Origin: Octopus bimaculoides | Lineage: Eukaryota | Direction of reading: 5' to 3' | Assembly (NCBI RefSeq): GCF_001194135.2 | Contig: NC_069002.1 | Span: forward strand, 14,148,466-14,212,465 | DNA length: 64,000 nt | Shown here: piece by piece, positions 51,761 through 64,000 of the stretch | How positions within the stretch are numbered: the stretch's first letter is position 1 | How the letters are laid out: the number at the start of each line of letters is the position of its first letter | The notes under the pieces: model-generated | The model's database searches: none | Told to the model about the DNA's origin: nothing | The model's input: only the letters and a program-made list of their open reading frames with translations | Made by a program: the position numbers and the translations under genes

Positions 51761-52310
51761 ATGTTTTGTATTGAAAAATAAAATCAGGTTTCGATTAGTT
51801 TCATGTTTTTGCATGAACAAACCTTAGTACAATATTTACAAATTAGAAAAATAAAACCCAGTGTTACATAGATGAGTATAATGTTATAAATATTGGAGCA
51901 GAAACATCAGTAATGTTTTGCATTGAAAAATAAAGTCAGGTTTCTTTTAATTTCTTGTTTTTGCATGAACAAACATTAGCACAATATTTACAAATTAGAA
52001 AAATAAAACCCAATGTTACAGAGATGAGTATCATGTTATAAATATAACAACAATAATAGGGTATTTTTTTCTTTTCTTTCCTTAAGGTGTCAGAAAAAAG
52101 ATAAGGAGTTCTATGAGAGTTCTCCCATACGTTCGCACTTTGTGTAACTTCGGTGTTTTGTATTGAAAAATAAAGCCAGGTTTCTTTCAATTTTATGCTT
52201 TGCTTGAACAAACAATATTTACAAATTAGAAAAATACGTAATGTAAGAATATCCCAATATTATATATATATATACCTGAATATTTATAGAGATGAGTATC
52301 ATGTTCCCAA
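51761..52310. repeat. Local triplication of a ~130-150-bp AT-rich unit
   Basis: tgttttg(t/c)attgaaaaataaa..caggtttc...gaacaaac...caatatttacaaattagaaaaata at about 51761, 51913 and 52153. Confidence 0.85.
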
Positions 52311-52851
52311 TGTTAAAGCTACATTTAGAATCAAAAATGCATATTCTCCGTTTTTCTTTCAAACATTCAATTTTGGAGAGAATTTTTTGATGAAGTGTAG
52401 CTCCATTGCTTCTTAGTATTGCGGATCATCCCATGAACATTTGTAAATGGGAACGATTTTAAATTTTCCGTAGCTGCATATTTCCAGATGCTTGCTTATC
52501 GGAATCTTGCGTAATTACTCTTGTCGCATATGCTACCTGTGGAATCTTTAATTATATATGTATATATATATATATATATATACATGAATACATATATATA
52601 TATNNNNNNNNNNNNNNNNNNNNNNNNNNNNNNNNNNNNNNNNNNNNNNNNNNNNNNNNNNNNNNNNNNNNNNNNNNNNNACCTCACCCTACGTCATTAA
52701 CTGGTTCCAGGAAACACGACTAAAATCAAACCCATATAAGGGTGTCTATTTACTTCTGTCATGTGTGTGTGTGTGTATGTGTGTGTGTATACATACAGAT
52801 AAAGAGAGAGGGAGAGAGAGGGATAGAGTGAGAGTGAGGGAGAGAGAGAGA

Positions 52852-52896
<45 letters not shown>

Positions 52897-53874
52897 AAAC
52901 AAATAAACTGCTTGGGTTAGATATAGAAAATATGTTTAAATGTATATATGTAAATTGAGAGAAGGTTAACACGAAATATTCAGGTAATGTATATTCGTGC
53001 ATAAATATGTAGATATTCATTTGCTAACAGAGAAAAACACTTGAGTGCTCCAAGGAGTTTTCTATATTGAGCATTGCTGAATCTCTCGGCTAAGCGTTAC
53101 CTATTGATCTCACTCATAGATAAACAATTCTTGGGCACATCTACAGAAAATATATTCCAATTCTACCTAAAGATCTCTGCATGGAGCTCTCATTACAGAA
53201 AACAAACGACTTTATTCTGTGCCTTTGTACTCTGTGTAAATTTGCTCCGTTAATGTATTAAAACCTATATATCATATTTAGGCACAAGTATTCATCGTCT
53301 GAATATCTTCAGTCCTTGCTTTCTCACTAATTATATGTAAACATCCAAGCGGTTTTATTTGTTTATTTGCACCATTATCTCCAAATCTGTTCACCTGGAT
53401 TCCTCTCATCGCCACTCGGATTTAGTCCTCGGTAGAAATCTCGGAGCGTAAGTTCAAATTATTTGAGCGCTTCGAAGTGTTTTCTTTATTGAGCATCTCC
53501 GAATCTCATCTTTTGACATTCTCTCCATATGTATATATGTATGTAGGTATATATGTATGTATGTATTATGTATGTGTGTGCTATTTTATATAAATACACA
53601 CTCACACACACACACACACATATATGCAGAGAGAGAGAGAGAAAGTGGGAGAGAGAGAGAAAGCGGGAGAGAGAGAAACAGAGAAGGAAGGAGAGGGTGA
53701 GATAGATAAGCAGAGGCACAGTGAGGGAGAGGGAGAGGGAGACGTAGATATATATTCTTCTAAATATATATATCTTTCCATCTGTCTATCCTTCTAGCTT
53801 CCTTGCCAGGTATCTATTTACTTATTTAGTTTTCGATTAATAATTCTCTCCCTCTCTCTCACTCAATCACTCAC

Positions 53875-53916
<42 letters not shown>

Positions 53917-55697
53917 ATCTGTTTATCTATGACTTAAACTCTACATTTCTTACTGATTCACTCACTGCCACCGACTTTCCGTCTCTCTTCCACCGTTTAT
54001 TCTACTCATTTGAAACACGCTCCTTCATCTTTTCTACTAGCTCTGATGCACCTAATCACTTCTATTCAGCTTTAAACCAGTTTTTAAGAATTTCTTTTAT
54101 ACTAGATACAGATACTTCTTCACAACAGAACATAAAAATTTCGGTTTGGCTTTCATTTCTACACTGCAAGATGTATGTATGCATGCATGCATATATGTAT
54201 GTATGTATGTATGTATGTGTGCATGCATGAATCTCCGTATGTGTACATGAAAATGTGCACATGTATGTAAATATATATATATAATTGTATGTAATTTATA
54301 TGTGTGAGAATATGTATATAAAATATGTATANNNNNNNNNNNNNNNNNNNNNNNNNNNNNNNNNNNNNNNNNNNNNNNNNNNNNNNNNNNNNNNNNNNNN
54401 NNNNNNNNNNNNNNNNNNNNNNNNNNNNNNNNNNNNNNNNNNNNNNNNNNNNNNNNNNNNNNNNNNNNNNNNNNNNNNNNNNNNNNNNNNNNNNNNNNNN
54501 NNNNNNNNNNNNNNNNNNNNNNNNNNNNNNNNNNNNNNNNNNNNNNNNNNNNNNNNNNNNNNNNNNNNNNNNNNNNNNNNNNNNNNNNNNNNNNNNNNNN
54601 NNNNNNNNNNNNNNNNNNNNNNNNNNNNNNNNNNNNNNNNNNNNNNNNNNNNNNNNNNNNNNNNNNNNNNNNNNNNNNNNNNNNNNNNNNNNNNNNNNNN
54701 NNNNNNNNNNNNNNNNNNNNNNNNNNNNNNNNNNNNNNNNNNNNNNNNNNNNNNNNNNNNNNNNNNNNNNNNNNNNNNNNNNNNNNNNNNNNNNNNNNNN
54801 NNNNNNNNNNNNNNNNNNNNNNNNNNNNNNNNNNNNNNNNNNNNNNNNNNNNNNNNNNNNNNNNNNNNNNNNNNNNNNNNNNNNNNNNNNNNNNNNNNNN
54901 NNNNNNNNNNNNNNNNNNNNNNNNNNNNNNNNNNNNNNNNNNNNNNNNNNNNNNNNNNNNNNNNNNNNNNNNNNNNNNNNNNNNNNNNNNNNNNNNNNNN
55001 NNNNNNNNNNNNNNNNNNNNNNNNNNNNNNNNNNNNNNNNNNNNNNNNNNNNNNNCCATTGAAGAACTCTCAAATATCTATTTTATGCGTTTCTGTTATA
55101 TACTCTGAGGTGTCAAAAACTCTTGCCGGACATCTGCAACCGGGTATCTGATACAGTCTGACCAAATCCGTTTAATATTTGCAACTGGCGAGATTTTATA
55201 AGCATCGGTGTTTATTTCAGTTTGTTTATTTGTTTTTGAACGTACGGATATTGAAGTCTACTGTATACTTATTGACTGACCTCTTGGCATGAGCTATGTG
55301 AATCATTTAATTTGAATTATTCTCTTTGTTTATGAATTCATTAGTTTCATTATAACTGTCGTACTTATTTAATTTGTATAGTCTATACCTTCTTTTGTTT
55401 TTGGATATATAGAAATGCCGTTCACTGCTAAAATTAAATTATGGCAACTTGACGCATTTAACATTATTGCAGAACAAAAATAAGGAAAGCCAATACTAAT
55501 TTAGAAATAATACAGTGTAAACTTTGATACTTCAAGAATTGGAAGAAAAGTGAATATAAACAATATTGTTTTTTCATAAATGGCTCAGGTGGTCCAGATG
55601 ACTCGTCGACGACGTAATCTTGTTAGTTTTAACACACTACTTCAAATTAAGTCATCAGACAAATACAGTCTGAACTATACACACGCGCTCACACATT

Positions 55698-55750
<53 letters not shown>

Positions 55751-56078
55751 GTTATGCATATATACATATGTATTATGTGTTTATAAAGATACATACATGC
55801 ATATATATATATATANNNNNNNNNNNNNNNNNNNNNNNNNNNNNNNNNNNNNNNNNNNNNNNNNNNNNNNNNNNNNNNNNNNNNNNNNNNNNNNNNNNNN
55901 NNNNNNNNNNNNNNNNNNNNNNNNNNNNNNNNNNNNNNNNNNNNNNNNNNNNNNNNNNNNNNNNNNNNNNNNNNNNNNNNNNNNNNNNNNNNNNNNNNNN
56001 NNNNNNNNNNNNNNNNNNNNNNNNNNNNNNNNNNNNNNNNNNNNNNNNNNNNNNNNNNNNNNNNNNNNNNNNNNNNNA

Positions 56079-56853
56079 ATTTCCAAATATCTTCAAATTT
56101 CACTTGCTACTGTTTATAGAATTATAGTGTAATTCAAAACCCAAGGGAAAGAATCAACAGGTTCTCGTCCCGGCCGACCTGGGCCCTCGGAAAGGAATCT
56201 TCGCGGTTTGAAGAGAATTGTGGAAAACGAACCCCGTTCGAAGGCTTCTGACATTGCAAAACAGCTAGAAGTTAGTCCAAGAACGTGTGTTACATATCTG
56301 CATAAGCTTGGATATTATGGACGAGCAGCTAGAAGAAAACCTCCCCTTCAACCAATTAATATCATGAAAAGAAAGAAATGGGCTAAGGAGATGTCGGAAA
56401 AATCCAGTTCATTTTGGATTAGAGTGATTTTCTCAGATGAATCCAGATTTGCATTATTTTTAGGCAGTGGACGTGTTTGGATCTGGAGGCTTCCCAATCA
56501 AGGTTTTGATTTGAAACGACTCCAACCAACTGTAAAACATGGCGGTATCTCTGTAATTGTATGAGGAGCTGTCACTAAGAATGGTAGTTCTGATCTGATT
56601 GAATGTGTTGGAAACATAAACTCTGAAAAATACTTCGAAATATTTAAGCAAGGACTACTTCCGGTATATTCACACGATAACATAACGAAAAATGAGTTTT
56701 TATTCATGGAAGATGGGGCTCCATTGCCACACAGCGAAAAGGAATCAACAATGGCTGACTGAAAATGGGATCAAAAAGCTTCCTTGTCCCAGCCAATCTC
56801 CTGACATGAACCCAATTGAAAATCTTTGGACCATACTAGATAGAGCTAGGTAG
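56079..56853 (+). pseudogene. Tc1-family DD34E transposase pseudogene
   Basis: HTH (ISLATVYRI, GRP), [40 protein letters not shown]; D-E spacing is 34. Stops at about 56130 and 56562, +1 frameshift at about 56724. Confidence 0.93.
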
Positions 56854-57084
56854 GTGATGACATTTATTTATTTAAACATAATGGTAGAATTGTTAAAGAG
56901 TATTGATCATCACAGAAAAGGAAGTAAGGTGTACTGACAGACTCTTCAACTATTTGAAGAAGAGATGTACAGGTGGTGCATATTCTTTTTCTCTGCAAAT
57001 GAACACTGGATATCCATATAGCAACGATCTCTTCCATCATCGGAGAGAGAATGAGGTAAAACCGAAACAACTAAAGATCTAACC

Positions 57085-57348
57085 AATTCTTTCTCCGGCG
57101 ATGGTCGTGAGTTCGATACCAGCCTGCTTGTGAAATTAACGTGCAAGTGGCTGAACACACCCCAGACACACGTATACTTAACGTAGTTCCCAGGGAGATT
57201 GCGCATGATACTGAATTACAGGTACTACTCATTTTTGCCAACTGAGTGGACTGACGCAACATGAAATAAAGTGTCTTGCTCAAGGATGCAATGCGTCGCC
57301 GGGAATCGAACTGACAACTCTATGACCGTAAATCTAATACCTTAGCCA
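57085..57348 (-). mobile_element. tRNA-derived SINE (family C)
   Basis: On the minus strand: tggctaaggtattag A-box, agttcgattcccgg B-box, catccttgagcaagacactttatttca, ...ctacgttaag...cagccacttgcacgttaatttcac. Confidence 0.85.
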
Positions 57349-57549
57349 TATATACATACGTGTGCGTGGGCGGATGTGTGTGTGTGTGAGTGTGTGTGTG
57401 TGCGTGTGTACAGAAAGATACATATATAGGCTGAAATATAAAAGCTATTGCGATAAGGAAGATAAAAGAGATTGGTTGATGCATAGAGAGAAGGAAAGAG
57501 AAAAGAGTATGAAAAAAAAAAGACAAAATAAAAGTGAGAAACTGGAAGG

Positions 57550-57725
57550 TATATTAGAAGAGAGAGTGAGAGAGAGAGGAAGAGAGAGAGAGAGAGAGAG
57601 AGTGAGAGAGAGAGAGAGGAAGAGAGAGAGAGTGAGAGAGAGAGAGAGGAAGAGAGAGTGAAAGAGAGAGAGGAAGAGAGAGAGAGAGAGTGAGAAAGTA
57701 GGAGAAAGAGAGGAGGCGGGGGAAG
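57550..57725. repeat. (GA)n tract
   Basis: Direct reading. Confidence 0.9.
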
Positions 57726-57988
57726 AGTAAAGAATTAAGATATGATGTAATGTCATTTTCCCTTTACTTCAATGTTTTTGTTGTATAGTTCATCTCTGAT
57801 CAATGAAATATTTTCCAGCTGTGGCCATTCTGTCTTTTTGTCTATCAGGGTCTATATTGTCCAATATCAATCAAAATCAGTTACATTGCGAGACCGTGTG
57901 TGAACAGCAAGGGACATGACCACAACCTTTCATCTTTCCCTTTTAATCATTCGTCCCTCATATTTTCCACGATAGCCTCTTCACTCAC

Positions 57989-58069
57989 CCCATTATGCAA
58001 TTCATCCATCCATGCTGTGGTCTTCTTTTGTTGTGAATGTACTGCTCCAATGTAATCTTCTGTTACCTT
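57989..58069 (-). CDS. Candidate isolated coding exon (27 aa, KVTEDYIGAVHSQQKKTTAWMDELHNG), product unknown
   Basis: Acceptor ttactttcttttacag|, donor GGG|gtgagt, 81 nt, phase 0-0, only one open frame. No partner exons identified. Confidence 0.3.
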
Positions 58070-58303
58070 CTGTAAAAGAAAGTAACGCGTAATTTGGGGA
58101 ACGTTTGGATGCAGCGTCCAGCAAAGCAGGCGACTGGTTGGAGGGTTTCATGCTGGTTCGTTGTTGTATTGTTACTGTATCAAGGTAGAGGAAGAAATTT
58201 TAATTTTAGAAATATCTATAACGATGAAATTTGTAAACATTTATTCATTATAGCGGAAAAGATTGTAAGAAAAGTCATCCTATTCACTTTTCATATATTT
58301 GTG

Positions 58304-58336
<33 letters not shown>

Positions 58337-58424
58337 CTCTATCTATCTATCTATCTATCTATCTATACATACATACGTACATACATAAATACATACATAC
58401 ATACATACATACATACATTCACAC

Positions 58425-58809
58425 ATGATGGTGATGGTTGTCCACTCGTGACCGAGGAAAACCATTGATTACCATTATGAAGATTGTGCGCTCAAGACTA
58501 CCTTATACTTTACATTTTCAGCTCTGTTGGTGACTAACAAGACCTGCTCTTGACAAGCAAACGTGACTGCAAGCATTGCTCACCAAGCTTTCCTCATTCA
58601 TTACACTAGTAGTGCGTTTTCTTCATAAAGAATACGTGCTCTTTCAAAGGTATCGACTTCCTCCTTTATCTCTTTCCTCCATCTGTGGAGTCAGACTTCC
58701 GCATTTAACAGGCCTTTAATGAGAACTATACACAGTCTTTAAATCGCAGTCTCAGCTTCTGGCAGAGTTGCTTTCCACTAACAAGTCCCCATATAGCATC
58801 TGTTTAGAG
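58425..58809 (-). mobile_element. RTE/BovB-like LINE 3' fragment
   Basis: SKQMLYGDL.GK...RLRFKD...WRKEIKE...CLSRAGLVSH (C2H2 remnant); tail ggttttcctcggtcacgagtggacaaccatcaccatcat. Confidence 0.8.
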
Positions 58810-59512
58810 ATAAGTATCGTTTTTACCTTTGTTCAATGACTTTATATCATTATTTGAAAAAAATATGTATATTTATGTTATTCAATTGATTTTTAATGAT
58901 AATTTTAGTCGATACCTTTTTTAACACTAAATTTATTAGTAGTAAGTTTATCATCTTAGCCTAAACTAAGACTTCGATTAGATTAGGATTGAATTTTTTC
59001 CATTAATACTGTTTAATATTTCTTTTTATTTTATAGGATAAATAACTAGTCTTTTTATTTAATTTCTTTGATTGTACAATATAGTTAATTGTTTTATTAT
59101 GACGTAAGTTATATAAAGTTTAATCTTTCATTCATAATAAAATTTTCATTCATGTTTTTTATATTTATTTATTCTATTCTTTTTCTTTACGCAATATTTT
59201 CACGAGACTTCTTTCAAATAAACGTTTTAGCCTAAAATCTTTTAGTCTAAACTATTGCATCGTTTATATATGTGCTACTTCTCTCTTTATTATTTTAGCC
59301 TAAAACTTCGTTCAAATTTTATTTTAAACGAAAGATTCGTTAAAGTTTGTTTTTGCATATAATATTCCTGTTAGCTTTTATTATAATAGACGTAGGATTG
59401 ATTATGAAACGTTTATAATTTTGATATTTTTAATAATATTTTTCTGTCGTAATATAATAAGTATTTTATATACAGTCATTTGTTATTTATTGTTGGTTGA
59501 AATATACATTCG

Positions 59513-59560
<48 letters not shown>

Positions 59561-60050
59561 GTATTTTGACCTGAAGATTAGCTATATTTTTGAATAGAAT
59601 TGATTTTCGATAGTTTTAATCGATTTAAATATTCTTTCTAATTGAAAATTGGTTATGAAACACGTGTAGTCGTTTTATTATCATTATCTTATGATATATA
59701 TACTTTGTATTATATTATACTCATTTATTGTGCTTTTAATTATTACTTTTTCTATTTGTGATAGTGGATTTCCATCGATGAGTTCATGAACCTTGGTTCT
59801 TTTCCCGAAAACTATATATGTATANNNNNNNNNNNNNNNNNNNNNNNNNNNNNNNNNNNNNNNNNNATATATATATATATATATATATGCCTCAGCGTTA
59901 TATTTATTCATGTGTATATGTATGTGAGCGTGTGTATTTCCTGTTGATGAAAGGCTATTTTTCTCATTTGTTGTTGTTGTTGTTAATACAGACAAACAGG
60001 TACAGAGAGGGAGAGAGAGAGAGAGACAGACAGAGGGAAGAAAGAAAGAA

Positions 60051-60103
<53 letters not shown>

Positions 60104-60664
60104 AGAATTTAGATACGTTATATAATTTTTTCTTTCTCTGCCGATGATGACTATGTCGTCCATCGATCAACCTTCATTGATTAGACCTATTGATCAAGTG
60201 TAATGAAGCTCTGATTATGTTATCTTTTTTTTGAGGGGGAGGGATAGTGTATCCTAGATTACATTAGTCAATGTTTTATTTTCAACATTGTAGAATGTAG
60301 CTCCAAGGCCATCTGACTGTTAATCCAATCAATGATGTACAGGCGTCCTGTTCGTTCGTTATTTGTCAAATTCTGCAATCTTATACAAATCTCTTCGACA
60401 AACATATTACAATATTTGGTCTGATGATAATTCCTAGTTTTATCTCCTATATCTTAGGTCAACATCATCCATCGCAATGATGGAATTGACTTAGCATTTA
60501 TTAAATGTAACCTATCATACGATCGTAGTACGTGCTTTTGGGTACATTTAGCTGCTGTTTCTACACGTCAATCGTTCACTTAAATGCTCTCTCATTATTT
60601 GTGTCTTTTGTGAAAAGCAGAACACATTTTAGCATGGATACAGAAGGGTCGATAAATGTTCCAT

Positions 60665-61070
60665 AACCGTGGTACTCGGTTTGTATCCAACTCTCATAAC
60701 ATAGTACCTTTGTATCCGACTCTCATAGTCATAGTACCCAACACCTAAGAATAAGTACCCAACTCCTATATCTCTGATACATAACTCCTACAATGAATAA
60801 CTAACGCCTATAATCTTGATACCCATCTCCTATAACCGGGTACCCAGCTCCTATCACTGTAGTACCCAAGTACTATTGTGAGGTACCCATCTCCTACAAG
60901 AATAGTACCAAACTCTTTTAACCGTGGTGCCAAAAACTTGCCACTGTGATGCCCAGCTCCTGATATCGTGGTACCCCGCTGCTGTAATAGTGATGGCCAG
61001 CTTCTATGACCAGGTACCCAAACACTATAACCATGGTGCCTAACTCCTAAAATCGTGGAACCCAGCTCCT
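60665..61070. repeat. Degenerate ~21-22-bp minisatellite, about 17 units
   Basis: Consensus about acccagctcctataaccgtggt, e.g. acccatctcctataaccgggt / acccagctcctatcactgtagt / gcccagctcctgatatcgtggt. Confidence 0.85.
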
Positions 61071-61221
61071 GTATTTATTTGAAGAAAGGAAATTGCGATC
61101 AATGTGAAGAATTACTTAAAGAACAGTTGTTCTAAGCATTTACAAAAAACAGTGGCAACAAGAGAATTTAAATGGATAATAGTGACAAATACAAACCAAT
61201 GTGGAAAAGACCAAGTGATAA

Positions 61222-61400
61222 ATCGACCTGTTAGGAATAGCAGCTAAGTTTCACTCAAATACCACTCAGCTGTCTTAAAACAAGAACAAAGAGGTACAAA
61301 ATAATTTTTTGCGTGAGTAAGTGTGGTAAAGAACAGAATGCTCATGATTAGAACCTTCTCTGATAATGGGTCTACTGGATCTGAGCTGATTTGCAGCTAA
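61222..61400 (+). repeat. Unclassified interspersed repeat (family D) copy
   Basis: aatcgacctgttaggaatagcagctaag...gtcttaaaa. Confidence 0.55.
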
Positions 61401-62057
61401 CCACTACCACCACGACCACCATAAGCAGCAGCCACAACAACAAGAATTTCGTGACAATTGTTTGAGCAAACACGATAGGAATAATAAAGTAGATAAGTTT
61501 GTTAATAATTGCAACGAACAATCGTTGAGTCAACGACCGCAGAGGAGAACGGGAAATAAGAGGTGAAAAATAAAATAAGAAAAAAAGAAAAGAAAAACAG
61601 AAACGGTAAAGTGTACCAGAACTTTTCTTGTACGCGTCGTTTCCAGACAAATACACACACACACACATACACACACACACACACACACACGTACACGCAC
61701 ACATATACTTACACATATATACACGTACACATACACACACGCGTATATAGATATATAACTGTGTATATATGTATATATGTATGTGTATACATGTATGTGT
61801 GTGTGTATATATGTATATATATGTATATACATATATATATATACATATATGGTACAGTAATATATACATACATATATGTATATATATATATATGCACTTG
61901 TGTATGTATGTATTTCAACATAATTGACGGGGAAAAATGTATGATCCTACATCAGCAAATGACAAAATATAATATTGCTCTAAGAGTTATGTGATAGCGA
62001 AGAAAAAGGCAGAAGAGGACGAGAAGGAGTAGAAAAAAAGAAACAGGAGGAGGAAGA

Positions 62058-62152
62058 GAAGAAGAAGAAGAAGAAGAAGAAGAAGAAGAAGAAGAAGAAG
62101 AAGAAGAAGAAGAAGAAGAAGAAGAAGAAGAAGAAGAAGAAGAAGAAGAAGA
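62058..62152. repeat. (GAA)n microsatellite
   Basis: Direct reading. Confidence 0.95.
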
Positions 62153-62802
62153 ACTGCAACAGCAATAACAACAACAACAACAAAAATAAATATAAAACTA
62201 ATGACATCCGGATGCATCTCCCATAAGATATGGCGGCTTGGCAAAGTGGCATGATGGAGATTTTGAATATATTATTGAAGANNNNNNNNNNNNNNNNNNN
62301 NNNNNNNNNNNNNNNNNNNNNNNNNNNNNNNNNNNNNNNNNNNNNNNNNNNNNNNNNNNNNNNNNNNNNNNNNNNNNNNNNNNNNNNNNNNNNNNNNNNN
62401 NNNNNNNNNNNNNNNNNNNNNNNNNNNNNNNNNNNNNNNNNNNNNNNNNNNNNNNNNNNNNNNNNNNNNNNNNNNNNNNNNNNNNNNNNNNNNNNNNNNN
62501 NNNNNNNNNNNNNNNNNNNNNNNNNNNNNNNNNNNNNNNNNNNNNNNNNNNNNNNNNNNNNNNNNNNNNNNNNNNNNNNNNNNNNNNNNNNNNNNNNNNN
62601 NNNNNNNNNNNNNNNNNNNNNNNNNNNNNNNNNNNNNNNNNNNNNNNNNNNNNNNNNNNNNNNNNNNNNNNNNNNNNNNNNNNNNNNNNNNNNNNNNNNN
62701 NNNNNNNNNNNNNNNNNNNNNNNNNNNNNNNNNNNNNNNNNNNNNNNNNNNNNNNNNNNNNNNNNNNNNNNNNNNNNNNNNNNNNNNNNNNNNNNNNNNN
62801 NN

Positions 62803-62839
<37 letters not shown>

Positions 62840-62844
62840 CATAC

Positions 62845-62983
62845 GTGGCTGTGTGGTAAGAAATTTGCTTCCCAACCACATGGTTTCCAGTTCAGTCCCA
62901 ATACGTGCCACCTTGGGCAAGTGCCGTCTACTGTAGACATGGGTGGAGCAAAGCCCCGTAAGTGAATTTCGTAGACCAAACTG
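62845..62983 (+). mobile_element. SINE family A 5' part
   Basis: gtggctgtgtggtaagaa A-box, cagttcagtccc B-box, caccttgggcaagtg...gtagaccaaactg. Confidence 0.85.
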
Positions 62984-63165
62984 TTCAGTTCAGGAACTAG
63001 ACTGGTAAATGATATTATTTTTCATTCTTTTCGAAATGTTATACCTAATAGTAGTTTGGAACTTAGCTGTTCTTTCTAGCGTGAGGGAATCCTATGATGG
63101 ATACCTCTTATGTGTTTAAATGTACACTGTATTTATATATAGATATATATGTACACATACACAAC

Positions 63166-63322
63166 ATGTTTCTTTCAGTTTCTGTGCACCAAATCTACTC
63201 CCAAGGCTTTGGGCAGTCCGGAGTTATAGCTGTAAGTGGAAGACACTTGCCCAACACACTACACAGTGGTCTGAAAACAAGAAGACGCGGTCAAGAAGTA
63301 AGCGTCTTAACTACGCAGCCAC
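63166..63322 (-). mobile_element. SINE family A 5' part (degenerate)
   Basis: tttctttcagtttctg...ccaaatctactcccaaggctttgg...gaagacacttgccca...cttaactacgcagccac. Confidence 0.8.
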
Positions 63323-63410
63323 ATTTGCATTTATACACGAATGTATATATGTATGTATGTATATATATGTTTTTTATTTGTGTGTATTCATATATAATAT
63401 CTATGCTTTT

Positions 63411-63511
<101 letters not shown>

Positions 63512-63814
63512 GATATATATGGTTTATGTCATACACACACAAACACACACACAAAAGCAGGTATACATACAACTCTCTGTATGAGTGTATGAAGCGACTG
63601 GGAAATTACACATCTTAAAATATGAAAACAAACATGGCGTGATGTGGAACAATTTTGCACACTTCACGCCAGACTAACGCTGCTTCCATTAACAGAGAAC
63701 ACTAAAACAAAAATAGCATCCAACAGTGAGACAACAAACCTAGTACTACTCCCACACCACAGACATCGTAACACTATGTATAATTGTATAATAGTTGTGA
63801 GGTTAGTGTCTCTA

Positions 63815-63915
63815 TGAGGTTGGTATATCTGGCAGAAATAGCAGCTAAATCTCTTTCACATCACACCGTAGTATCAGAAAAAACGAAAAACACTTTGAAG
63901 AATACATTCGCATGC
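63815..63915 (+). repeat. Unclassified interspersed repeat (family D) copy
   Basis: atctggcagaaatagcagctaaatctctttcacatcacacc. Confidence 0.55.
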
Positions 63916-63927
63916 AAAAATGAGTGT

Positions 63928-63935
63928 AATGTTTG

Positions 63936-64000
<65 letters not shown>
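63928..64000. repeat. (GT)n microsatellite
   Basis: Direct reading. Confidence 0.95.

Noticed and set aside
58850-59700. Very AT-rich block with recurring ttagcctaaa, considered as a numt or satellite
   Set aside because: No mitochondrial gene or tRNA could be read and there is no regular period.
6025-63322. tRNA-like A/B boxes as true tRNA genes
   Set aside because: They continue into shared SINE bodies and do not form cloverleaves.

Overview
Eukaryotic, AT-rich draft-assembly sequence. It is saturated with microsatellites, and about 25 N-gaps mostly sit next to (TA)n/(CA)n/(TAA)n tracts. The tRNA-derived SINE families and transposon mix look like Octopus; this is an inference from recalled repeat families, not a search. 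No intact host gene, tRNA, rRNA or CRISPR array could be supported, and most ORF-track entries are microsatellite or N artefacts. The interpretable content is decayed mobile DNA: R4/Dong-like REL-endonuclease LINE fragments, two RTE 3' ends, a CR1 3' end, an L1/Tx1 3' end, a Penelope GIY-YIG fragment, Tc1 (DD34E), mariner and maT-like transposase relics, and three SINE families plus one unclassified repeat. Best observations: (1) a minimal type I hammerhead ribozyme fold at 22679-22720, just downstream of the Penelope ORF; (2) a 238-bp fold-back palindrome at 41883-42120; (3) a SINE whose 3' tail matches the CR1 3' tail in the same window; (4) an in-frame N-/C-terminal deletion derivative of a Dong/R4 element, and tandem Dong copies at a (TAA)n tract; (5) a few isolated exon candidates, the best at 57989-58069 (-).
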